The translations under genes and the position numbers were made by a program. Shown here piece after piece: positions 24,912-32,538 of a stretch of DNA of 36,264 nucleotides (position 1 is its first letter; each line of letters begins with the position of its first letter). The notes beneath the pieces were generated by a model that saw only the letters and a program-made list of their open reading frames with translations, had not been told where the DNA came from and ran no database searches. The stretch is from the IMG/VR virus record IMGVR_UViG_3300005805_000229, positions 1 through 36,264 of that record, one strand, 5' to 3'. The DNA is from a virus (taxonomy: Duplodnaviria; Caudoviricetes).

Positions 24912-25570
24912 AAGTTAAATGGTCACACTCAGCCCTCAAAGACTTTGAAAACTGCCCTCGGCGGTACTACGAAGTCAAGGTGCTGAAGAACTACCCCACG
25001 CCAGAAACAGAACAGATCAAGTACGGCAAAGAGTTGCACAAAGCTGCTGAAGATTATGTGCGCGACAATACACCGCTACCTGTACAGTTCTTGTTTGTGA
25101 AACCTACCATTGATGCGTTGCTAACAAAGCAAGGTCGTCGTTACCCAGAGCATGAGATGGCGTTAACCGAAACGCTAACGCCGTGCGGTTTCAAAGATGA
25201 GAATGTTTGGGTGCGTGGTATTGCTGACTTGTTGATCGTTGATGATGACAACTTGACAGCATGGGTAGTGGACTACAAAACAGGAAACAACAAGTACCCG
25301 GACGTTGGGCAGTTAGAGCTTATGTCTTTGATGGTGTTTGCTAACTTCCCCCACATTCGACAGGTCAACTCCGCGCTTTTGTTTGTGGTCAAAGAAAGCA
25401 TGGTCAAGTACAAAATGAGTGTTGACGATGTACCGGCAGCATGGCAAAGATACAGAGAGCGTGTTGCTAAGTTGGCGGCATGCCACAGTAACAATGTATG
25501 GAACCCAAACCAGACACCGCTATGTGGTTGGTGTCCGGTGAGGAAATGTGAATTTCACCCTAAACACTAG
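24908..25570 (+). CDS. Cas4/RecB-like PD-(D/E)xK exonuclease
   Basis: WSHS...CPRRY, GIAD, VDYKTG, QLELM, C-terminal CGWCPVRKC (split four-Cys cluster). Confidence 0.85.
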   Translation: MKVKWSHSALKDFENCPRRYYEVKVLKNYPTPETEQIKYGKELHKAAEDYVRDNTPLPVQFLFVKPTIDALLTKQGRRYPEHEMALTETLTPCGFKDENVWVRGIADLLIVDDDNLTAWVVDYKTGNNKYPDVGQLELMSLMVFANFPHIRQVNSALLFVVKESMVKYKMSVDDVPAAWQRYRERVAKLAACHSNNVWNPNQTPLCGWCPVRKCEFHPKH

Positions 25571-25579
25571 GAGTTAATC

Positions 25580-25825
25580 ATGGGAACGCCTGCAAATAAA
25601 CGAAACTACAAACAAGAATATGCTGACTTTCACGGCAAACCTGAGCAAATTAAAAAACGTGGACAGCGCGTTAAAGCGCGCCGTATGTTAGAAAAAGAAG
25701 GTGCGGTTAATAAAGGTGACGGAAAAGACGTAGATCACAAAAACCCACTTCGTTCAGGCGGCACAACGACTCGCAGTAATCTACGTGTGCGTAGCGTTAA
25801 ATCAAACAGAGGGGATACTCGGTGA
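25580..25825 (+). CDS. Small HNH-like endonuclease
   Basis: GKDVDHKNPLRSGG...NLRVRSVKSNR; SD AGGAG. Confidence 0.75.
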   Translation: MGTPANKRNYKQEYADFHGKPEQIKKRGQRVKARRMLEKEGAVNKGDGKDVDHKNPLRSGGTTTRSNLRVRSVKSNRGDTR

Positions 25826-26025
25826 AAAATTTAACACCGCAGGCTCTCGCAGACTTGTGGTATTTAAAATTTGGAAACAGTTGGGTGGTACGTAATACTT
25901 TGACAGATGAATGGAAAAACATTGGCAGAGAGTTAATGCGAAACAACTTAGCTGCTTATGAATTACTTAGCCACAACCAAACACCAACCATAGAAATCAT
26001 AAAGCTAAAAGAGACATGCAAATAA
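25822..26025 (+). CDS. Hypothetical protein
   Basis: 67 aa; GTGA overlap; ADLWYLKFGNSWV. Confidence 0.65.
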   Translation: MKNLTPQALADLWYLKFGNSWVVRNTLTDEWKNIGRELMRNNLAAYELLSHNQTPTIEIIKLKETCK

Positions 26026-27581
26026 TCGAAAACAAAGCGCTGATATTGCGCACACGCAATCCTGACAAGTACAGCATCATCCCCAAGTCAAAGATTGTTA
26101 ATGAACTTGACGGTGGTATCTTTGAAGTAGCAATCAAGTGGGGGCTTGATGAAGTACGCGTGCTTAAAAACCTTGGCGTTAAGAACGTACCATCCCCAAT
26201 CACGGCACGCTACGACTGGCCCGGGCGTTACAAACCGATGGCGCACCAGATTGAAACATCTTCTTTTCTTACGCTACACCGCAGAGCTTTTGTGTTCTCA
26301 GAACCCGGCACTGGTAAAACGCTATCAGCGTTGTGGGCCGCTGACTACCTAATGCGCACTAAGCAAGTGCGGCGTTGCTTAGTTCTATGCCCTATATCAA
26401 TCATGCACTCGGCATGGATGGCTGACCTACAAAACAGCATCATTCATCGCTCCGCGATTATTGCGCACCATCAGCAGGCCGCACGGCGCATTGAGATGGT
26501 TCAGGGCGATTACGAATTTGTTATAACCAACTACGACGGTCTTAATCTTATAGCCGACGAGGTCATCAATGACGGGCGCTTTGATCTGATTATTGCGGAC
26601 GAAGCCAACGCTTATAAAAATGTCAGTACAAAACGCTGGAAAGCCCTGCATAAAATCCTTACTCCCAACACGTTGCTCTGGATGATGACAGGCACGCCAG
26701 CCTCGCAGTCACCGCTGGATGCTTACGGGCTAGCCAAGATGGTCAACCCTGCGGGTGTGCCAAAATTTTATACGGCATGGCGCGATGCCACAATGAACAA
26801 GGTCAGCATGTTTAAGTGGGTTCCCAAGTTCGATGCGCAAGATAAAATCCACACCGCCCTGCAACCCGCAATACGCTTTACCAAAGAGCAGTGCTTGGAT
26901 CTCCCGCCAGTCATTACGGAGACCCGGGACGTACCGCTGACCCCCCAGCAAAAGAAGTATTACAACATGCTCAAGGAGCAGATGCTGGTCAGGGCGGCAG
27001 GGGAAACCATTACCGCAGTCAACGCCGCCGCAGAGGTCAACAAGCTACTTCAGATCAGCGCAGGGGCGGCGTACACGGACAACGCCGAGGTGGTAGAGTT
27101 CGACTGCACGCCAAGACTCTCCGTGCTCATGGAAGCGCTGGAGGAGACGGATCGCAAGGTCTTAGTGTTTGCCCCATACCGTCACAGCATAGACACGATC
27201 ACGACATACCTGACGCAGAACAACATCGACTGCGCGCAGATCCACGGTGATGTATCGCCATCAAAGCGCACCAAGATCTTCAAACAGTTTCAAGAAGAAG
27301 CGAGTCCTCGCGTACTTGTGATCCAACCGCAGGCGGCATCGCACGGTGTGACCCTGACTGCTGCTGATACGGTGGTGTTCTGGGGTCCGGTGATGTCAAC
27401 AGAAACCTACATCCAATGCTGTGCACGCTCAGACCGCAAAGGGCAGACCAGCGACAAAGTAACAGTTATACATATTCAAGGTAGTGAGATTGAACGCAAG
27501 ATGTTTAAACGCTTAGCTGAACGCGTTGAGGACAACAACATGCTGGTGAAGTTGTATGAGGAGGTGCTTGACACAAAGTAA
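26016..27581 (+). CDS. SNF2-family (SF2) helicase
   Basis: PMAHQ, Walker A EPGTGKT, Walker B IADEAN, MTGTP, HGVTLT, QCCARSDRKGQ. Confidence 0.9.
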   Translation: MQIIENKALILRTRNPDKYSIIPKSKIVNELDGGIFEVAIKWGLDEVRVLKNLGVKNVPSPITARYDWPGRYKPMAHQIETSSFLTLHRRAFVFSEPGTGKTLSALWAADYLMRTKQVRRCLVLCPISIMHSAWMADLQNSIIHRSAIIAHHQQAARRIEMVQGDYEFVITNYDGLNLIADEVINDGRFDLIIADEANAYKNVSTKRWKALHKILTPNTLLWMMTGTPASQSPLDAYGLAKMVNPAGVPKFYTAWRDATMNKVSMFKWVPKFDAQDKIHTALQPAIRFTKEQCLDLPPVITETRDVPLTPQQKKYYNMLKEQMLVRAAGETITAVNAAAEVNKLLQISAGAAYTDNAEVVEFDCTPRLSVLMEALEETDRKVLVFAPYRHSIDTITTYLTQNNIDCAQIHGDVSPSKRTKIFKQFQEEASPRVLVIQPQAASHGVTLTAADTVVFWGPVMSTETYIQCCARSDRKGQTSDKVTVIHIQGSEIERKMFKRLAERVEDNNMLVKLYEEVLDTK

Positions 27582-27596
27582 AAGATTGGACAAAAT
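27568..27596 (+). promoter_or_regulatory. Sigma70-like promoter with a degenerate family A operator in the spacer
   Basis: TTGACA (27568-73), N17, CAAAAT (27591-96). AGTAAAA-GA-TTGGACA at 27577-92 differs at two positions from the consensus. Confidence 0.5.
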
Positions 27597-27620
27597 TGTA
27601 AAACATAAGGAGCATACAAG

Positions 27621-28019
27621 ATGGAACAAATACCCCTAGATAAACTTGCAAAGGTTTATCGCAAGATTCGTGACCGCATCGGAAAGCTAACGCAAGAGTA
27701 CGAAACGCAAGTCGAAGAACTTAAAGCGCAGCAGCAAGAAATTTCCAACGCGATGAAAGACATTCTGATGTCCACCGGACAGAAGAGTGCTCGGACTACT
27801 GAAGGAACAATCATTCTTGGAACCAAGACACGGTACAACACAAACGATTGGGACTCATTTAAGAAGTTTGTGTTGGAGTATGAAGTTGTTGAACTGCTTG
27901 AGCAGCGCATCGCTCAGCGCAACATGGCGCAGTTTTTAGAAGATAACCCTACGCTTGTGCCTCCCGGACTGGACCAAGCTACGGAATACACCATTACAGT
28001 CCAAAAACCACGTAAATAA
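27621..28019 (+). CDS. Conserved coiled-coil protein of the replication module
   Basis: 132 aa; N-terminal coiled coil, DWDSFKKFV, LLEQRI, VPPGL; SD AAGGAG. Confidence 0.75.
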   Translation: MEQIPLDKLAKVYRKIRDRIGKLTQEYETQVEELKAQQQEISNAMKDILMSTGQKSARTTEGTIILGTKTRYNTNDWDSFKKFVLEYEVVELLEQRIAQRNMAQFLEDNPTLVPPGLDQATEYTITVQKPRK

Positions 28020-28029
28020 GGAGATGTAC

Positions 28030-28926
28030 ATGAGTAACGTAGTCGCATTTAATCCCGCGCAAGTTCCAGCATTTGCGAAAAAGGGCGAGTTGTCCACGCT
28101 GGCTAAAACACTGGCTGGTGGCGGTGGTCAGTTGGGTAAGCGCATCAGCATCAAAGGCGGTGTGTTTCGTTTGATTTCTGATGGTAAAGAAGTTGCAGCC
28201 ATCGAAGATCGTTTCCTTGATGTGGTGATCGTTGCTGCCGCATCAAAAATCAGCCGTACTTACTACGGCGAGGCTTACGATCCTGAAAAGCCAGCCCCTC
28301 CCGCATGCTGGTCGGCTGACGGTGAAAAGCCTGACGCATCTGTCAAGGAGCCGCAGCATGTAAACTGCGCTGGCTGTCCGCAAAACATCAAAGGTTCTGG
28401 CGCTGGTGAATCACGCGCTTGCCGCTTCTCTCAGCGCTTAGCTGTTGTGCTGGCTAACGATGTTGAGGGTGATGTGCTTCAGTTAACACTGCCTGCTACT
28501 AGCGTGTTTGGTAAAGAGGAAGGCGACAATCGCCCACTCCAAGCGTATGCAAAATGGCTGGCCGCACAAAGCGTTGGTCCTGACATGGTTGTGACCCGCA
28601 TGAAGTTTGACACCAAGGCGCAATCACCCAAGTTGTTCTTCAAGCCGATGCGTTGGTTGACTGACGACGAGCACGAGGCTTGTGCAAAGCAGGGTCAAAC
28701 CCCTGACGCAATTAAGGCTATCACTATGACGGTTGCACAAACTGACAAAGTAGAAAAGCCAATATCGTTAGAAGGTAAAGCACCCAAGGCTAAAGCCAAG
28801 CCCAAGGCTGAAGAGTCCGAGGAAGAAGTCGATGAACCTGAAGTTCGCAAGGACAAAGAAGCGCCCGCGCCCAAAGCAAAAGATGCTTTGTCCGCTGTAG
28901 TTGCAGACTGGGAAACCGACGACTAA
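28030..28926 (+). CDS. Putative single-stranded DNA-binding/annealing protein
   Basis: Start at 28030 after AAGGAG. RISIKGGVF, CWSADG, CAGCPQN, ACR (Zn-like); flexible linker and acidic tail DWETDD. Function inferred from context. Confidence 0.55.
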   Translation: MSNVVAFNPAQVPAFAKKGELSTLAKTLAGGGGQLGKRISIKGGVFRLISDGKEVAAIEDRFLDVVIVAAASKISRTYYGEAYDPEKPAPPACWSADGEKPDASVKEPQHVNCAGCPQNIKGSGAGESRACRFSQRLAVVLANDVEGDVLQLTLPATSVFGKEEGDNRPLQAYAKWLAAQSVGPDMVVTRMKFDTKAQSPKLFFKPMRWLTDDEHEACAKQGQTPDAIKAITMTVAQTDKVEKPISLEGKAPKAKAKPKAEESEEEVDEPEVRKDKEAPAPKAKDALSAVVADWETDD

Positions 28927-28936
28927 TCTAACGGAT

Positions 28937-29006
28937 GGGGGAAAGCGGAACAAACGGATTCCTGCAACGCTGGGGTTCGGTTGTTGTACACACCGCGAGT
29001 ACCCCC
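28937..29006 (+). ncRNA. Structured RNA hairpin with a loop-E/sarcin-ricin-type internal loop
   Basis: GGGG/CCCC, GAAA opposite GAGUA, GCGG/CCGC, AACAA/UUGUU, CGGAUUCC/GGGGUUCG; fills the gap between the SSB-like and HTH genes. Confidence 0.55.
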
Positions 29007-29015
29007 TTGGACACC

Positions 29016-29297
29016 ATGCCATATTCGCAAAAAATAATAGAACGAATTAACGAAGCGCCCAACACGCTTGGCAACGAGCTTGCTAAGTTAGCTATACGTC
29101 GTGACATATCTATGCAACGGATTAGCTTGATTGTTGGTGCGAGTCGCCAAACGGTTTACAACTGGTTCACTGGCGTGACAGAAGTTGCACCCTCATACAA
29201 AGAGAGGGTGGAGCAGGTCATCATAGTGCTTTCAAAAACATCTCAAACAGACGATGCGTGGAGGATTTTATGTACAACTTTCAACCTAAAGCTTTAA
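29016..29297 (+). CDS. Cro/CI-type helix-turn-helix protein
   Basis: Likely start at 29016 (MPYSQK); ISMQRISLIVGASRQTVYNWFTG is a classic HTH. Confidence 0.8.
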   Translation: MPYSQKIIERINEAPNTLGNELAKLAIRRDISMQRISLIVGASRQTVYNWFTGVTEVAPSYKERVEQVIIVLSKTSQTDDAWRILCTTFNLKL

Positions 29298-29461
29298 CCG
29301 ATAGAGAACTGATTAAGTACGGTGGGCTTTGGTTGGATGAAGAACCTCTGCCTATCGAAGCACAGCGGGAGATCCTGCTTCGCCTTGAACGTCGCTGTGA
29401 TGAACTTGAGCATGCTTTTGAACAAATAAACAAACTTACCGCAGAACTACAAGCCGACTGA
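29270..29461 (+). CDS. Small hypothetical protein
   Basis: Likely start at 29270 (MYNFQPKALTDRELI) after GGAGG; 63 aa. Confidence 0.65.
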   Translation: MYNFQPKALTDRELIKYGGLWLDEEPLPIEAQREILLRLERRCDELEHAFEQINKLTAELQAD

Positions 29462-29474
29462 GGAAGAGATATTT

Positions 29475-32381
29475 ATGCAACCGTTAGAGTTTCTAGCGGC
29501 TGTGCTCCCGTCTTCAGGTGTTTACTGCGTTGCTGAGTTCAACACAAAAAAGAAAGAGCACATCTTTGTCAACGACATTGTTGACATGGAGCCTGCCATT
29601 AACAGACTGCTTGGAGAAGGCAGAGATGTTTACTTTGCTTTAGCCAACTTTAAGGAGACAGACAGCCGGGAAGCCAGTAATGCTAAGTCCATGAAAGCCC
29701 TGTTCATGGATATTGACCTGATCTGCAAAGGTAAGGTCATGTACGAAACCAAGAAAGACGCTGAGATAGCGTTTAAGACGTTCATGGTTAACACCGGAAT
29801 GGCGGATCTTGGCGCTCCGTACATCGTATCGTCTGGCGGTGGGTTCCACATTTACTGGCCTTTTGACGAGGAAGTTCCCATTGAGCAGTGGAAACCGGTG
29901 GCTGAGAACTTCAAGCGCCTGTGCCAGCAAGAAGGTTTGAAGATCGACATGACCTGTACGGCTGATGCCGCTAGGGTCTTGCGTGTGCCGGGGACAAAGA
30001 ACTTTAAGCACGACACACCCAAGGATGTAAAGCTAATTCAAACGGGTGTCATCTTTTCTTTGTTTGCGTTGGACACGCACATCAAATCCAAACTCAAAAC
30101 CGTCACGTACGAGGAAACCCTAGCCAGTCTGCCGGGGAAAAAACCCAAAGCAGCAAGCACAGCTTCTCTCAAACTTCTTGCTGAGAACAACGAAACCCTG
30201 TTCAACAACATCGTTGAAAAAACCAAGGCCGGGACGGGGTGCGCCCAGTTGGCACACTACATTGAGAACGCCGCTGACGATGGCATGGAGCCGCTGTGGC
30301 GCGGCTGGCTTTCGATTGCTCAGAAATGCGAGGACGGTGGCAAGGCTGCGGTGTGGCTCTCTGAACTACACCCTTACGATCCTGACCGCATGGCGCAGAA
30401 GCTACGGGAAATCAAAGGCCCATACCCATGCGTTAAGTTTGACTCTGAGAATCCGGGCATATGCACAGGCTGTCCCCATTTCGGTAAGATCACCAACCCT
30501 CTGGCTTTGGGGCGGCAACTGGTCACGGAAACCGAGGCCAAAGAAATCATCATTGAGCCGCAAACTCCGGCCCCTGACGAGTTTTCAGAAGCCCCCCTAG
30601 CCCAACCCATTACCATCCAGCGTCCAGCCGCCCCACGGGGGTTTTCTTACGGCAAGAACGGAGCCATCTTCAAGGAGACTAAAACCGAGGATGCTGACGG
30701 TAACGAGATCAGCAAGCAGTCCATGGTTCTTCCCTTTAGTTTGTTTGTAGTAAACCTACTGAAGTTGGAGAACGAGCACATCGTCCACATGCTGGCGCTT
30801 CGTCCCGAGGGCACTGCTGAGATCATGCTGCCTCAGAAAGCCGTGGTATCCAGCGTGGAGACCGTCAAGTGCCTAGCCGAACAGAACATCATCGCCAGCT
30901 ACGGGCAGGGCAACGACAAGAACCTTTTTGACTATGTCCGGGCTTGCGTTGAGGAAGCGTCGGTCAGCAAGCGGGCGATAGCCGTACCTGACCATTACGG
31001 CTGGCAAAGCGAAAACACCTTTGTCTTTAACGAGCGCGTCTATCGTCCGAACTTAGAACCGCTACACATACCCATGCGGGGGCTGGTGAACATCAACAAA
31101 GCGTGCATACCCACAGGTGAGTTAGCTGATTGGCAGAAAATCATCAACATGTTGGTCGCCAAGAAACTATACGAAGTATTGACATTTACCTTGGTAGGTT
31201 TTGGCGCGCCGCTCATGCGTTACTCAAGCTATGCAGGAATTACGTTTCACCTCGGCTCCACAGCAACTGGTACAGGGAAAACCCTAAGTCTTGAACTGGC
31301 TGGTTCAGTTTGGGGGCATCCCAGCCGCTATCGGATCAGCAACTCCACATCTGATGTCGCCATGAAACAGCGTGCGGGTATGTTGTACAGCATGCCGCTG
31401 ATCTCCGATGAGATTACATCCAAGAACCGGAACGACTTTGAGTGGGTGGCACAGTTCATCTTTGACATGTCTGAGGGCATCGGCAAAAGCCGTATGGAGT
31501 CGGGAGCCGACAAAGAGCGTGAGAACAAGACCTATTGGCACAGCATGGCGCTCCTGTCCTCCAACACGCACATCATGGACTACCTGACTGGCGCTCGAAA
31601 GCACACATCAGAGGGTGAGACACGGCGAGTGTTAGAGCTGACGCTGGAGAAAAAGCTTTCTTGGGAAGTCCACGAACTTGAAGCGCTGGAGCTACTTAAA
31701 GAAACCTACGGTGTTGCGGGGCATGTCTATGCGCAGTATCTGGTGGATCACGCTGACGAGTTGCCAGCTCTGTACAGGAAAATTCGCAAGAATGTTAAGG
31801 CTGAGTTTGGCTTTATTGACGATGAACGCTTTTGGATAGCAGGCTGCACCTGCTTGGTCATGGGCGCTATTCTGGCTTCCAAGGCTGGCATCGCTACCTT
31901 CCCGATGGAGGGCATCATCGGGGTACTCAAGGGCATGGTGCAGAATGCCAAGGCTATGGTTAAAGATAATGTGCGCACCGCCGAGGATGTGCTGAACTCC
32001 TATACCCGCGAGTACTACGGCAAGATGGTAGTGGTCAAAGCGCTTGAAGGATCGTTGGCTGCATCTATTGGTGAGGATGGCGTGATTGACCAGAGTATTA
32101 CCCGCAGTGAGATCTTCGGGCGTGTCGAACACAACGTAACGCCCGGGCATGTGGATTACTACATCGAAGAACAGCTACTGAAGAAGTACTGCTCCAGCAT
32201 GAGCTTTGGGTACTCAGACTTTAAAAAACAACTGGAGTCTATGTACAACATCACGTACCTGAAGAAAGACCTGATGAGCAAAACCAAAGGTCCGCAGATG
32301 CGTGTTAACGCTATGAAGATCTCACGCCGTATAAGTAATGACGAAGATCCTGAAAATAAATTATCCTTGGTCGCGGCTTGA
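29475..32381 (+). CDS. Primase-helicase (AEP/RepB-like primase, Cys cluster, DUF927 helicase)
   Basis: FMDID, SSGGGFHIYW and DAARVLRVPGT (primase); CVKF...CTGCPH; YGWQ; P-loop STATGTGKT; ISDE. Confidence 0.85.
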   Translation: MQPLEFLAAVLPSSGVYCVAEFNTKKKEHIFVNDIVDMEPAINRLLGEGRDVYFALANFKETDSREASNAKSMKALFMDIDLICKGKVMYETKKDAEIAFKTFMVNTGMADLGAPYIVSSGGGFHIYWPFDEEVPIEQWKPVAENFKRLCQQEGLKIDMTCTADAARVLRVPGTKNFKHDTPKDVKLIQTGVIFSLFALDTHIKSKLKTVTYEETLASLPGKKPKAASTASLKLLAENNETLFNNIVEKTKAGTGCAQLAHYIENAADDGMEPLWRGWLSIAQKCEDGGKAAVWLSELHPYDPDRMAQKLREIKGPYPCVKFDSENPGICTGCPHFGKITNPLALGRQLVTETEAKEIIIEPQTPAPDEFSEAPLAQPITIQRPAAPRGFSYGKNGAIFKETKTEDADGNEISKQSMVLPFSLFVVNLLKLENEHIVHMLALRPEGTAEIMLPQKAVVSSVETVKCLAEQNIIASYGQGNDKNLFDYVRACVEEASVSKRAIAVPDHYGWQSENTFVFNERVYRPNLEPLHIPMRGLVNINKACIPTGELADWQKIINMLVAKKLYEVLTFTLVGFGAPLMRYSSYAGITFHLGSTATGTGKTLSLELAGSVWGHPSRYRISNSTSDVAMKQRAGMLYSMPLISDEITSKNRNDFEWVAQFIFDMSEGIGKSRMESGADKERENKTYWHSMALLSSNTHIMDYLTGARKHTSEGETRRVLELTLEKKLSWEVHELEALELLKETYGVAGHVYAQYLVDHADELPALYRKIRKNVKAEFGFIDDERFWIAGCTCLVMGAILASKAGIATFPMEGIIGVLKGMVQNAKAMVKDNVRTAEDVLNSYTREYYGKMVVVKALEGSLAASIGEDGVIDQSITRSEIFGRVEHNVTPGHVDYYIEEQLLKKYCSSMSFGYSDFKKQLESMYNITYLKKDLMSKTKGPQMRVNAMKISRRISNDEDPENKLSLVAA

Positions 32382-32538
32382 GCCGGGGCACGGTTTTTTT
32401 GTACCCTGTCTTGATACCGCCAAGGTTTACGAAGAAGGATTAAAAGCCGCCGTAACCGCCCGAGTGTTCAGCGCTAAAGGGCGTGTCGGTGTGGTTAACG
32501 GGCGGCTTGGAGTTCTATTCGTGCGTTCATTTCGTTGA
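32338..32538 (+). CDS. Small conserved phage protein (possible DNA binding)
   Basis: 66 aa; YPWSRLEPGHGFFVPCLD...LGVLFVR. Last gene of the + arm; its 3' end overlaps the convergent gene by 44 nt. Confidence 0.6.
   Translation: MTKILKINYPWSRLEPGHGFFVPCLDTAKVYEEGLKAAVTARVFSAKGRVGVVNGRLGVLFVRSFR

Noticed and set aside
24908-25570. Cas4-like gene as evidence of CRISPR-Cas
   Set aside because: Stand-alone Cas4-like nucleases are routine in phage replication modules; no cas1/cas2 or array is present.
28937-29006. Possible tRNA or intrinsic terminator
   Set aside because: It folds as one long hairpin without D or T arms in cloverleaf positions and has no U tract on either side.
32381-32400. Weak hairpin plus T7 just after the primase stop
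   Set aside because: Only a 3-5 bp stem, and the T run encodes Gly-Phe-Phe of the overlapping 66-aa ORF.
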